The notes under the pieces: generated by a model
Databases searched by the model: none
Told to the model about the DNA's origin: nothing
Seen by the model: only the letters and a program-made list of their open reading frames with translations
Part shown: positions 49,786 to 62,618 of the stretch, one piece after another
Layout of the letters: each line of letters opens with the position of its first letter
Position numbering within the stretch: position 1 is the stretch's first letter
Made by a program: the position numbers and the translations under genes
Source: Phaeosaccion multiseriatum
Lineage: Eukaryota > Protista > Ochrophyta, other classes
Direction of reading: 5' to 3'
NCBI GenBank assembly: GCA_965112735.1
Contig: OZ218956.1
Coordinates: 3,038,001-3,102,000 of the forward strand
DNA length: 64,000 nt

Positions 49786-51625
49786 CTCTCTCTTGTCTCT
49801 GTCCAGGCCTTTCTCTTCTCTTTCTCTTTCTCTCTTTACTTACAATACATTATGTACACACACACATATATATTTTTTGTATTTATGTACTTGGTTTCAT
49901 GTATCTCTGGTCTGGTTGGGGTCGGCGCAGGTGATGAGGGGGACCAACCCAAGCCTGGTGGAGCGCTTCCACGGCTTTCGTCGCGTGGGGCAGTTCGGGC
50001 AGTGGGTGGCGTGTTTCACGGTGGCGTTTCACTTCCTCTTCTGGCGCTTCCTTGACTGGCTCTCTCCCGCTGAGGATATTGACATCGGTGAGAAGATGGG
50101 CACGTTCATTTGTTGGCGTATTTGTGATTGTTGACACGTTTACACCAATTCAGTGGTGTGTTGTAGTAGTGGAGTTGTTTGTCATAGTGTTTGTTGTTGG
50201 CTGGTTTGATCAATTGTTTGTTTGTTTATGTGTTTGTTTGCTTGTTTGTCTCCTTCCTTCCTTCCTTCCTTCCTTCCTTCCTTCCTCTCTTCTCCCTTCT
50301 CCTCCTTTGCAGTTGTGTTGTTGTCCTCTTCATCCTTCCCGCCGTTTTGAACTTCTCCTCACTCACTCCCTCACTGAACGAACGAAGGCTCACTCCCTCG
50401 CTTCCTCCCTTACTCACTCACTCACTCATTCACTCACCCACTCACTCACTTACTCACCCACACATTCACTCACTCACTCTCTCACTCCCCGACTCACTCC
50501 CCCACTCAACTCATCACCCACTTACTCACTCACCCACTCACGCACTCCTCCTTCTCACTCATCCACTCACTTCTTCCCTCCCTCCCTCGCTCACTCACTC
50601 ACTCACTCACTCACTCACTCACTCACTCACTCACTCACTCACGCTATCACTCTCTCACTCACGCTACCACTCTCTCACTCACTCACTCACTCACTCACTC
50701 TCTCACTCACTCACTCACTCACTCACTCACTCTCTCACTCACTCTCTCACTCACTTAGTCACTCACTCACTCACTCACTCACTCACTCACTCACTCACTC
50801 ACTCTCTCACTCACTTAGTCACTCACTCACTCACTCACTCACTTACTCTCTCACTCACTCACTCTCTCACTCACTTAGTCACTCACTCACTCTCTCTCAC
50901 TCACTCACTCACTCACTCACTTAGTCACTCTCTCACTCACTCACTCACTCACTCTCTCACTCACTTTGTCTCTCACTCACTCACTCACTCACTCACTTAG
51001 TCACTCATCACTCACTCACTCACTCACTCACTCTCTCACTCACCTACTCAGTCACTCACTCACTCACTCACTCACTCACTTACTCACTCACTCTCTCCCT
51101 CACTTACTCACTCACTCACTCACTCACTCTCTCACTCACTTCGTCACTCACTCACTCACTCACTCACTCTCTCACTCACTTAGTCACTCACTCACTCACT
51201 CACTCTCTCACTCACTTAGTCACTCACTCTCTCACTCACTTAGTCACTCACTCACTCACTCACTCACTTCCGTAGAACGCACTGTGTATCGTTACCCATC
51301 TCTCTCCGTGTGTTCTCAAGGGCCTGCTGCACTGCCCTGTGCTGTATCATCAACTGCTGCACTACCCTGTGCGGTGTGTCCCGTCATTCCGACTCACACC
51401 CCTTTACACTCGCTGGTCTTCATTTCCCTCCCTCCCTCCCTCCCTCCCTCTCTCCCTCCCTCTCTCCTTCCTTCCCTCCCTCCCTTCCACCCCTCTTCAG
51501 CACCAGACTTCCCTTCGCCAGAAGAGATGCGGGGCAGCGCAGCCAAACAGACATCGGCGGCAGCGAGAGAAGAGGACGCAGCTGTGCCCTTCGGCTCCGC
51601 GAAGGAAGGCACTTATGCTGCTTGA
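46762..51625 (+). CDS. PIGA: Phosphatidylinositol N-acetylglucosaminyltransferase subunit A (GPI biosynthesis); multi-exon
   Basis: [61 protein letters not shown]; IPNAVD; [14 protein letters not shown]; [22 protein letters not shown]; [12 protein letters not shown]; [14 protein letters not shown]. Confidence 0.95.
50360..51268 (+). repeat. ~0.9-kb degenerate (TCAC)n microsatellite in last PIG-A intron
   Basis: Directly visible tandem tcac units with interspersed ttagtc variants. Confidence 0.9.
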
Positions 51626-51897
51626 CACCTTGCTTGACATTGCGCTTGACACAGCGCTTGAGGAGCCCTTTCCTTTCCGGACTCAATCAGTCAATCGACG
51701 TCTGCCCCCATCCGCCACGCCCGACTTGGACATTCAAGGGGCGACCGGGCAGGGCAGGGCAGTTGGTGATACAGGGCAGGGGGGGCACCACTACTTCCGC
51801 CCTTTGACCCAACAGATAGTGGAAGGGATTCGTCGATTTACCGTCCTTGCCCCTCGCAGTCGGGTAGGGAGAAGAGTGGGTACAGCAGAGAGCGAGC

Positions 51898-51939
<42 letters not shown>

Positions 51940-52579
51940 AAGACAGAGGGCGACAAAGGGACAGAAAGACACAGCGCGATGTTCACTTCAACGCCTCGCC
52001 TGGCCTCGGGTTGGCAGGGGGGGGTTGCGTGTGTGCGTGCGTGCGTACGCCCTCAGGCTGTACTTGGTGTCAGGTTGCGCACGGCTCACGCCGCGGCCAC
52101 GCAGGCAGCGCCTCTGTGTACACATCAGGTCCGTCGGCAGTCGTCAGTTGGTAATCGACAGTCGGCAGTTGTCAGTCGTCGGTCGGCTCTTCAGGAGTGG
52201 ACCCCAAAGGCTATACGGTTAGGTCGAGAGGGGTTGTCGTGCTGGCTGTGTCTAGCCAGTGCCACTTTACGGTGCTTACTGCAAGGGGTGTCAGGGGTGT
52301 CAGGACTCACAGTGCCACCGTTCGCCCCCTACGTGATGCCAAGTAGGTGGGTGGTTGGCGTTTCTATCATCCCTTGTCGCCATCAAGGGCCGTCATCATC
52401 CTCATCATCATCAAGAGCGGCAGCCACAAGCAGTTGGTGATTCGGTTGCAGAAGCAGCAGCAGCAGCAGCGGCAGCGCGAGATGGAGGATAGACTCCACC
52501 ACCAAGCCGCAGACCCACAGAGGAGCAGACCATCAACAATGACAAGAGACACAGAGCGGAGACAGAAAGGAGGAGGCAG

Positions 52580-53092
52580 GAGGAGGACGAGGAGGAGGAG
52601 GAGGGGGAGGAGGATGAGGAGGAGGGAGGAGGAGGAGGAGGAGGAGGAGGGGGAGGAGGAGGACGAGGAGGATGAGGAGGGGGAGGAGGAGGAGGAGGAG
52701 GATGAGGAGGAGGGGGAAGAAGGAGGAGGAGGAGGACGAGGAGGAGGACGAGGAGGAGGAGGACGAGGAGGGGGAGGAGGAGGATGAGGGGGAGGAGGAG
52801 GAGGAGGATGAGGAGGGGGAGGAGGAGGAGGAGGAGGAGGAGCAGGAGGAGGAGGGGCAGCAGCAGAAGGAGGAGGAGGAGGAGGAGGAGGAGGAGGAGG
52901 AGGAGGAGGGGGAGGAGGAGGAGGAGGAGGAGGAGGAGGAGGAGGAGGAGGAGGAGGAGGAAGAGGAGGAAGAGGAGGAAAAGGACGAGGAGGAAAAGGA
53001 CGAGGAGGATGAGGAGGGGGAGGAGGAGGGGGAGGAGGAGGACGAAGAGGACGAGGAAGACGAGGAGGAGGAGGAGGATGAGGAGGGGGAGG
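52580..53092 (+). repeat. (GAG)n-type purine repeat, possibly part of a frameshifted poly-Glu ORF
   Basis: Degenerate GAG/GGA array; overlapping low-complexity ORFs in all frames. Confidence 0.7.
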
Positions 53093-53253
53093 AGCCCAAC
53101 CACCGGCATGAGCTCTGTAGTCGTATGCACCACAAAGAGCGACATACGTATATATGCAAGCTTTGATTTTATCTTGTATACATACGTTGGAGCTTTCCCG
53201 TTTACGGGGCAAGCCCGCTCCTTCTAACGTGCCTACTACTTGTAACCGACTTG

Positions 53254-53407
53254 TCGACCCCTGACGTGCTACCGGCGGATTCTGGGCAGCAGGCTAGCGG
53301 GTCCAGGCGGGCCCGGTAGCACGCTACTGGCCACTGGCCGCCAGCAGGTAGCGCGCCGGCTGGTGGTGCCGGCGGTAGAAGGTAGCATGTAGCACGTCAG
53401 GGGTCGA
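53254..53407. mobile_element. MITE copy 3 (diverged subfamily, same TIR core)
   Basis: TCGACCCCTGACGTGCTAC ... GTAGCACGTCAGGGGTCGA, a perfect 19-bp TIR. Internal GGTAGC replaces GATAGC; shares gcgcgccggctgg..gccggcg. Confidence 0.75.
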
Positions 53408-53410
53408 AAC

Positions 53411-53460
53411 TAGGGACAAATAGGGACAAATAGGGACAAATAGGGACAAATAGGGACAAA
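53411..53460 (+). repeat. Five perfect copies of TAGGGACAAA
   Basis: Exact 10-bp tandem repeat starting 3 bp after the MITE right TIR. Confidence 0.9.
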
Positions 53461-53739
53461 TTTCTTTATTTTGGGGCGCGCGCTTTCCCCCTTTCCCCCC
53501 TCAATGTGATTGGACTTCGTAATAAAAAGAAGCCTACAAAAGGCCAGAAAACCAGGAAAAATTCCAAATCTCTTCCTCGTACCATCAATCTACAATCTAT
53601 TTATATGTATGTACGAATGTAAGAGGTAAGCAAGCAGCCGAGGCCATCTCAACCCGCCCCCCCCCCCCCCCCCCCGCGGAGACAGGACCCCCCACAACCC
53701 CACACCACCGCCGACCAACGCCCACTCACGCGCCCACAC

Positions 53740-54783
53740 TCACACGCCCACATTCATGCACCCACCCACGCGGGTCCTCGTCACTGGCTTAAGGGCAGCG
53801 GGAAGGCTTAGCCCTAGGGCCACTTGACCGAGCAGTAAGGAGGCACCGAACTCCCTACCTCGGGGCACCAAAGCGTCCAGAGAGCCTCCGAGCTCGAGGT
53901 GGAGCAGGGAGAGCACGGGGTCTTCTCTCTTGTCTCGCCCCCGGAACTCCTTATTCGAAATCCCAGGTATCTCCTCCTCCTCCTCCTCCTCCTCCTCCTC
54001 CTCCTGCGGCTGCTGGTGGTGGTGCTGGTGGTGGTGCGGGTGGTGGGGGTGGTGGTTTCCATCACCACCTACCGACGCATGCTCTACCCCGGCACCACCA
54101 CCACCACCAGCACCAGCACCAGCAGCAGCAGCACTAGCAGAAGTAGAAACTGATTGAATCGTAGAGATGGTGGAGGTGGTGTTCGTGCGTATGCTTGGGG
54201 GGGGGTTGAACTCGATCGGTCCTCCTTGTGTACACCAACGCTCGATCTCACCCGCCCCCCCCCGGGTCCCGCGGAAGACGTAGAAGCGGCTGTTCCTCCA
54301 GGCCGTCTCCTTCTCCTCGGCCGCAACAGCCGCGGCGGCCCTCCCAGCCTTCGCACACATCGTAGGCGACAACCGTCCCTGAGCCCATTTCGCCATCGCC
54401 CGACCGTCTGCCGCCCGTTCGTCTCTGAGTGCCTCGAGCACGTCTGTGGTTCCTACCACAACTGTAGAAAACACCCTCACCACGGATGCGACCTGACGTT
54501 CCGATGCCGCGCCAGTCCCTGCCCGTCCTTCTCCTCCTCCTCCTCCTCCTCCTCCTCCTCCTCCTCCTCCTCCTCCTCCTCCTCCTCCTCCTCCTCCTCC
54601 TCCTCCTCCTCTTCTTCCTCCTCCTCCTCCTCCTCCTCCTCCTCCTCCTCCTCCTCCTCCTCCTCCTCCTCCTCCTCCTCTTCCTCCTCCTCCTCCTCCT
54701 CCTCCTCCTCCTCCACCACCACCACCTCCTCCTTCCCCCCCTCCTCCACCTCCCCCTCCTCCGCCTCCTCCTCCTCCTCCTCC

Positions 54784-54817
<34 letters not shown>

Positions 54818-55730
54818 GCTCCCTTCCCATGCCCGTGCCGATTGGAGAAAGTGTACGTTAACAGCTCCAAAGTCATCGCGTGATCCTCGTTGCACGAAGC
54901 CCCATACCCTCCACCTCCTCCCGTGAATGGTAACACGAAGCGTTTCGTTGGATCATCCTCTGCTGGTGGTGCTCGTGTTCGCCCTCGTCGTCGTCGTCGT
55001 CGTCGTCCTTCTGCTGTTGGTTCTTCACCTTCCTGAAGGCTCCCTACCGGCGACGATCGTGAAGTAGCAAGACCCTCACACATGCTCACTTCATCGGCAA
55101 AGCCCACGTGCACATGTGAGCCCAGGCTCAGGAGAGCTCGTGTTGCATTCTCTGTCCACCATCCCCTCCCTACCTCCTCCTCTTCCTCCTCCTCTTCCTC
55201 CTCCTCCTCCTCTTCCTCCTCCTCCTCCTCCTCCTCCTCCTCCTCCTCCTCCTCCTCCTCCTCCTCCTCCTCCTCCTCCTCCTCCTCCTCCTCCTCCTCC
55301 TCCTCCTCCTCCTCCTCCTCCTCCTTTCCCCCCCCCTCCTCTTCCTCCTCCCCCCCCCCCCCCCTCCTCCTCCTCCTCCTCCTCCCCCGCCGCCTCTTGC
55401 ACCCTGCAGGCGATGGTACACTCGGCGTGAAGAGCGCCCCCCCTGGAGCTCGTAGAACAAGAAGAAGAACAACAACAACAAGAACAAGAACGAGACGGTG
55501 GCGAAGATGAAGACGGTAGGACGACGAGCACCTCAGAGATACGATCGGGCTCTGATTGTTGGAGCGCCGTGCTGGACAGTGTCACGACTCGCACAAGAGC
55601 ATCGAGCGTACTCTGCTGCTCTTCATGTGACTGCCGCTGCCTCAGGCCCCACCCCCGCCCCCGACCCTGCTCCTGCCCCTCCCCCTCCAAGAGGCCCAAG
55701 CCGAGAAAGATGGCGGCGAAGTGGTGTCCG

Positions 55731-55763
<33 letters not shown>

Positions 55764-58276
55764 AAAGAAGAAGAAGAAGAAGAAGAAGAAGAAGGACTGT
55801 TGCTATTGTCCTTCCCTCCTTCTTCACCGGGTCGACCGAACAAGAAAAGTTGGTCGCTATTTCCCTTCGCAGTCCTCCCACCCCGCGACCGTTCCACCCG
55901 CTGCTTCTCACACGTTTCGCACCACTGCTGCCCTTCGCACCCGTTCACCTCCTCCCTCTCGTCCCGTAGCCTGGCCAAGTGACGTTGTCGTCGCAGTTGG
56001 CTCTCCTTCTGTAACCGCCTCTGCTTCCGGCGATAAAGGGTCTCACCAAGCCAATTCGTCGGCACTCCTCCTGTCCCCGAACGAGTCCGCGTGGATGTGC
56101 TGAAGATACTTGCTCCGCTGAGGCTGCTGTGCGCACTACACCCCACCTCTGAGTCGTCAATCGTGCCGGCCCCTGACCCTCCCCGATTCACATCTCGAAC
56201 TGACTTGGCACTGTATCGATCTCTACCTCCTACACCTCCTGGCCTTTCTCCCGTTGCCGGCACCCTCTCGTTCCTCTGCACTTGCACGTGCCCCTCCACC
56301 TTCAATTCACCACTGGCTAGAGTCATCACCTGGCGTATGCCCCGCCGGTCTACGAGGCCTCCGTTCCCCAGCCCGAAGTGCACGTGCACAAAGCCAAAGA
56401 AGTTCTCTCTGATCGCGAGAGGGAGGAAACTAGGCAGAGCCCTGCCTTTGTCTCTGCGGCGGAGGAGAAGAGGTGCTCTTCCTCTACCTCTTTTGGGAGG
56501 GATCCGATCTGCTGCCGACCCGTTTCTCAGCCTCTGCTCCTCCTGCTGTATCACCAACTGCTCCTGTTGCTGCTGCTCCTGCTGCCGCTTCTGTTGCTGC
56601 TGCTGCTTCTTCTGATGCTGCTGCTGCCGCGGCGGTCGGTGCCCCGGTGACCGCCGCTTCCACGACTTGACCTGGTCTCGCGGCCACGCCATCACAGAAT
56701 CATTGGCTGTAATCTTTTGCAGCTCCTCCTCAGCCTTCTCTCTCATCGCCTTTCTAATCGCCTCTCTCGAGCAAGGCAGGCATGTGGCACGAATCATGCT
56801 AGAGTCATACAGATTTGCAGTGGCGTCGTCTGCGTCCTGAGCTGGCTCTTGCGCTTCTTTGAGGAAGAAGTGCTTTGGCTTGTATGCAGCAATCAGCGCA
56901 GCCGTACCGCTGGGAGTGCTGGCCAGCTCATACAGCGGAGTAGTCTCCTCCTCCTCCTCCTCCTTCTCCTCCTCCTCCCCCCCCCCCCCCCCCCCCTCCT
57001 CCTCCTCCTCCTCCTTCTCCTCCTCCTCCTCCTCCTCCTCCTCCTCGTCCGCCTCCTCCTCCTCCTCCTCCTCGTCCGCCTCCTCCTCCTCCTCCTCCTC
57101 CTCCTCCTCCTCCTCCTCCTCCTCCTCCTCCTCCTCCTCCTCCTCCTCCTCCTCCTCCTCCTCCTCCTCGTCCCCCGCCGCCCGCTGGTGCTGCCGAGGC
57201 TGTCCCTCGTTGCCGTGCCTGCTGGTTGGGCCATCCGTGACGGTAGCGTTGAAGCGGATGACTAGGCCCCCCTTGGGACGCGGACTCTGGAGGAAGGATT
57301 CGGTCCTGCTGCCGCCATCGACTAAACTAAAATCGCTCTTCTTCCGGCTGCTTCTGCTCCAGCCTGACCCACGCGCTGTCTCTAAGACAGGAGGGCCGCA
57401 TGGGGACGAGGGATTTACCAGTGTGACTTCCGATCGCTCTTCCTCAAACTCCGTCGTAGGCACCACCTTGGAGTCTCGTAGAGCACTGTTACTCTCTCGC
57501 ATCCACTTACGGAGCTTGCTAAAGCTTTGTTGGCGCCCCCCTCCTCTTCCGCTCTCAGAGGGAAAAGCTGATTGAAATGCCAGTCCTCCTGAGTCATCAC
57601 ATTGCTCCAGGTAATCGGCGCGGTGCGGTGTCCTTGGGGACTCCGCACGCCACTGCCGTCCACCCCCCCCTCCACTCCTCCCTCCTTCCTCTTTTCCCTC
57701 CTCCTGTTCCTTCTCATGCCCCTCCTCCACCTCTTCCTTCTCCTGCCCCTCCTCCTTCTCCTCCTCCTGCTCGTCTTCCTCCTCCTCCTCCTCCTCCTCC
57801 TCCTCCTCCTCCTCCTCCTCCTCCTCCTTTTCCTCCTCATCCTCATCCTCTTGTTCCTCCTCCTCCTCCTCATCCTCCCCTGTCTGGTGCTGCTGCTGTT
57901 GCGGGCGCGCCAAATGTGCGGTTATCCCAGGAGAAAGGCGGGGCGAAGAACCTGAAGCGGCAAGCACAATGCCGACGGAAGAAGTAGATGAAGTGTGTAG
58001 GTTCTGCGACTTGGTCTGTGTGCCTGCATGAGAAAGCAACTGACTTTCCTCCCCCATTGCCTGCTGCGGCTGAGCTTCACTCTCCTCATCACCAAGGGGG
58101 GGGAGTAAGCGCGGCTGCTGGCCCCTTTGCTGTGACTGTCGCCCCTGGTACTGCGGAGAGACTCCCCCTCCTCTTGATAGGGAAAAGTTGCTGCCCCATC
58201 CACTGTCCCTTGTCGCTCCTTCCCCGCCCATCAAGGCCGAGGCAGGTTGGAGCGAAGGCGCGGACATGATCAGCAA
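53740..58276 (-). CDS. Large low-complexity hypothetical protein, probably one gene with apparent frameshift(s) inside GAG/G-runs
   Basis: The 1061-aa and 457-aa ORFs abut at ~55100. Non-repetitive segments (ENFFGFVHVHFG, RVFSTVVVGTTDVLEAL, FYVFRGT) look protein-like, but no family is recognised. Confidence 0.5.
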
Positions 58277-58674
58277 TCATCTATTCCCTCTATTGTCTAC
58301 GTTCTGACCTACTATACTAACGAGTCACCAGCGATGTCGTGGACAAGTTGAGAATGGAGCGAAGAGGGACAGGACTGGCTATTGACAGTTACATATTTTC
58401 TGTTTTTTTTTGCCAGCTCTCTCAAGATCTGGTGGGGGGGGATGTTGGGAAAAAAAAACGCCCCTGCCTGCGAGGGGATTTTGTGGTTGTGGGGTGGTTA
58501 TGGTTGTGGGGTGGTTGTGGTGGCTGGACGCCGCTACCCAAGGGCTCCGTCGCGTGAAGTCTTGTCCTGCCTGCACACATGAATTACTTGATATGTTCGA
58601 ATATGTGTGTATGTGGGGGAGTGAGGGGTGAGGGGCGAGGGGATGCCCCCGTCAGCTCTCGTTGTCAGCTCTTG

Positions 58675-60983
58675 TCAGCTCTTGCGGATGTTCATGGCGG
58701 CAATCTTGTCAGCCAGGCCCTCGTCTCTCCTCGCTCCGTGCGAGCCAATGGCGGCGTTGAGCTGGCTCGTAAAGGCCACTCCCTGCTGCCCGGTGCCGCC
58801 CCTTGCCCGACTCCGCACCGATGTCAGGATCTGCGAGGGAGGAGGAGGAGGAGGAGTGGGAGGAGGAGGAGGAGGAGGAGGAGGAGGAGGAGGAGGAGGA
58901 GGAGGAGGGGGAGGAGGAGGAGGAGGAGGAGGAGGAGGAGGAGGAGGAGGAGGAGGAGGAGGAGGAGGAGGAGGAGGAGGAGGAGGAGGAGGAGGAGGAG
59001 GAGGAGGAGGAGGAGGAGGAGGAGGAGGAGGAGGAAGAGGAGAAGGGGCCGCGCCCAGCCAAAGAGAAGAGAGAGCGGGGGGGGGGGGGAAGAGAGGAAG
59101 AGAGAGGGGAGAGAGAGAGAGCGAAGAGAGAGAGAGGTAAGGGGTGTGGTTGGGCACAGCATCAAAGACAGCGGAAAGGACGGTGGGGGGGCGAAGGAGG
59201 GCGGCAAGCATAGCCGAGCGGGGAAATTACCAATCACTCAAACAACCAATCTAATCAACTAACCACCGAATCAGCCAACCAACCAAACCAACCAACCAAC
59301 CATCCTCCCCTCCAGTAACCAACCAACCTGGTAAGTCTTTTGGATGTACAACCCATCAATGTCCCTCCTGATGCTCGTCTCCATCGCCTCCAGCATGGTG
59401 CCAATGTTGCGAAGGTGTGCGTCCCCCTGCCCCGCTGCCCCCGAACCCTAACAGAGGGAGAGGGAGGGAGGGGGGGAGGAGGCAGGCAGGGAGGGAGGGA
59501 GGGAGGGAGGGAGGGAGGGAGGGAGGCAGGGAGGGAGGGAGGGAGGGAGGCAGGGAGGGAGGGAGGGAGGGAGAGAGGGAGGGAGGGAGGGAGGGAGGGA
59601 GGGAGGGAGGGAGGGAGGGAGGGAGGGAGGGAGGGAGGGAGGGTGTGAAGTCCAGGCAATTCACAATCCAACCTCCTGGGGGCCACTCTCCCTCCCATCC
59701 ACCCTCTGTGCTCACTCTCCCCCTATCCACCTCCCGTTGTGCTCACTCACTCACTCATTCATTCACTCACTCACTCACTCACTCACACTCACTCACTCAC
59801 TCACTCACCCACTCACCCACTCACCCACTCACCCACTCACTCACTCACTCACTCACCCACTCACTCACTCACTCACCTCCATGGCGTCGACCTTCAGTGT
59901 CTGCTCCACGGAACGGGTGAGGTTGCCGGAGAGCACTGTGGTGGGGTTGGGGGTGAGGTCTGTCGCTGCTCGGGCGATGATGGTAAGAGCGGCCGGCCCC
60001 AAAGCCGACAACAAAGCACAAAAAACAAAACAAAAACAGAGTCGTAAGTGCTAGTCTTGGCAAATGCTGCCTGCGGTAGCTCCCCCCCTCACTGCCATCC
60101 TCCCCTCCCTCCCTCCCCATCCACTGCCATCCTCCTCTCCCTCCCCATCCACTGCCATCCTCCCCTCCCTCCCCGTCCACTGCCATCCTCCCCTCCCTCC
60201 CCATCCACTGCCATCCTCCTCTCCCTCCCCATCCACTGCCATCCTCCCCTCCCTCCCCATCCACTGCCACCCCCCCCTCCCCCCCCCCTCACCTCCGTCC
60301 TCGGCCTCTGCTGCTGCTGCCTCCTCCCCGGCGTTGATGGTGACAGCTACGGTTGTGTTGAGTTTGTAAGTGGCCTGACTGGCGCTCTTCTCCTTGCCCG
60401 CGCCCCCTCCGCCCCCATCCGGCTGCACCTGCACAAGTTTCAGTTTCGGTTTATGTGTGCGTGGACGTGTGTACGGGTAAGTCCCTCTGAGATTCAAAAT
60501 TGATGAGCCACCAGCCAGCCATGATTGTTCAAACAAGAGGACGACATTGATTATCGACATCGCATGTGTGCGCTTCTGTGGAGAACTCAAACTCACACTC
60601 ACCTGTACTACGTGTGTGCTCTCCCACAGACAGCCCTCCTTCTCGCGATTGTGTCGAATCAGAAAGGCCCCCGCGAAACCGCCGCTCTGCAATCCAGAGA
60701 CAATCGAGTGAGGAGACAAACGCGGTGAGGAGAGGCGTGCATTAGGTTAGCAGCACAAATGATAATGCAATTACAATACGTCGCGAAGAGAAAAGAAGAA
60801 AAAGGAGGAGCCAATCTTCAGCTGAAAACCTGCCTGTCTTCGCCATCGTAGCACGTACATACACGCACCAGTAGCAAGCAGTACACAAACTAAAAGTAAA
60901 CGGGAGAACAAACAAACACACACAACACACACCCACACACACGCACACACACAAAGACATACACACTCACTCACACACACACA

Positions 60984-61034
<51 letters not shown>

Positions 61035-62441
61035 ACACACACACTCCTACCCGCTCCCCACCTGCTGTCCGCTGCCTTCCTCCAAGTCCCAGAGATACAC
61101 GCTGCTCACCCCCCCTTCATAGTAGAGCTCTCTGTACGTGTCCAGCAGCTCGTTGGCGTCCACCTATTTAAGAGGTTATTTTAAGTCAATGATTGATTTA
61201 GAGTTGGAGGGCATCGATACGGATGCCCACTGTATCAGTCAGTCAGTCAGTCAATCAGTCAGTCAGTCAGTCAGTCAGTCAGTCAGGCAGGCAGCCAGCC
61301 AGTCAGCCAGTCAGTCAGCCAGTCAGTCAGTGAGTCAGTGAGTCAGCCAGTCAGTCAATCAAAAAACAACCAGCCAATCAATCAGGCATTCAGTCAGCCA
61401 GTCAATCACTCAGCCGGTCAATCAGTCAGTCAGTCAGCCAGTCAATCAAGCAGGCATTCAGTCTCAATCAGAGCGCCACACACCAAACTCACCTCCAAAC
61501 TGCGCAGGTCCTTGCGAGGGGTGTAGGCCTGTCCCTCCGTGCCGCTCTCCAGGGGGGGGTCGTATGTGTTGGACCAAGGGGAGCGATAGCTGTCACCATC
61601 CCGTGAGTACTCACAGATGAGGTACTGGCGGTTACAAGAGTGGTCGGTGGCCTCTTGCAGTGGCTGTCGTGTGGTGGGGTGGGGGTAGGGGGGAAGGTGG
61701 GTATGGATAGGGGGTGGGGTGGGCGGGGGTGGGTGGGTGCGTGGGAAAGGAAGAACGGAGACGGAAGACGAGAGGAAGGTTGGGTAAGCGGCGTTGTTAT
61801 TCATGGGGTAGGTGGGTATGGGTGGGTGTTGGGACGGGGGGGGGGATGGGCAGACACAAACACGTGTGGTTTGTTAGCTAAGGCATGGCACTCAAGACGA
61901 GAGAGGCATTGCTCGGCATGGAAGCTACCGAGCCAAAGAGGACAGGAAATCGATATTAATCAAGTGTTCGAGGACAGAGAAGAAAAAAAAAGGACGGCAC
62001 CTTTTCACCCTTTCCCTTCCCCTTCCTTCTCTGATGAGGAAGGAACCAGAGAGTTGGCACATGCGCAAGAGAGGCCACAGCAGGCGGGGAGCAGCCGAGC
62101 CACTTGATGACTGACCTGGTCGACCCGTTGCAGTAGCTCATCGACCGTATCCGGACTATCCTGTAATAGGCTGGCCAAGCCTGCCAAGCTGCGAGGGAGG
62201 GAAGGGGGACGGAGGGAGACCAAGACGAGAGGACGATCAGAGAGCCTGAACTACGCAAACATCGACATAGATAGATAGACAGAGATGGATGCACAGAGAG
62301 AGAGAGGTGGAGAGAGAGGCAGGGGGGAACAACTGTGCACCTGTCCTCAGTGTCCTGCGGCGGCAGTCTCCTCATCAGATTGAGAGCGGCGGACAGGGAA
62401 GACGACGCGCCATTGTCGCCCACCGCGGCCAAGGAAGACAT
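58675..62441 (-). CDS. CAPZB: F-actin capping protein beta subunit; multi-exon
   Basis: [12 protein letters not shown]; [10 protein letters not shown]; [26 protein letters not shown]; [25 protein letters not shown]; GFAGAFLI; WESTHVVQV; YKLNTTV; LSGNLTR-like segment; [13 protein letters not shown]. Confidence 0.93.
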
Positions 62442-62618
62442 GTCTTCACCACCACTACAAGTTGGACCAGTTGAGCGTAAGGAGGGGGGATTTTTTCAGC
62501 TAAGGTTTAGACTTTAGCCCTTGGAGCACCAACATGTTACCTTAGCGGCATCGCACACAGGAGGGAACAAACGAACAAACATCAAAAGCAGCTGATCGGA
62601 AGACAAATCCGGCCCAGG

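Larger units (their letters stand above)
2695..56560. other. Dispersed 14-bp motif AGTTGGTG(A/G)TACAG, 19 copies with <=1 mismatch
   Basis: 15-mer windows holding exact copies start at 2695, 3846, 7286, 10266, 16103, 24597, 27134, 29374, 31267, 31974, 51760, 56546. One-mismatch copies are at 11533, 13590, 23164, 23332, 26279, 27901, 51342. Confidence 0.9.

Noticed and set aside
50052-51300. ORFs of (SLTH)n / (HSLT)n
   Set aside because: Translations of the intronic (TCAC)n microsatellite.
52347-53227. Poly-Glu protein gene
   Set aside because: Almost entirely triplet repeat with frame breaks and no complex domain; cannot be supported as a gene.
54480-55400. Programmed frameshifting in the large minus-strand gene
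   Set aside because: Frame changes fall in G/C homopolymers and GAG arrays, where assembly indels are the simpler explanation.
58579-59262. Poly-E/G/R/P/S/L ORFs
   Set aside because: This (CCT)n tract lies in the last CAPZB intron and serves as the pyrimidine tract before the acceptor at ~58831.
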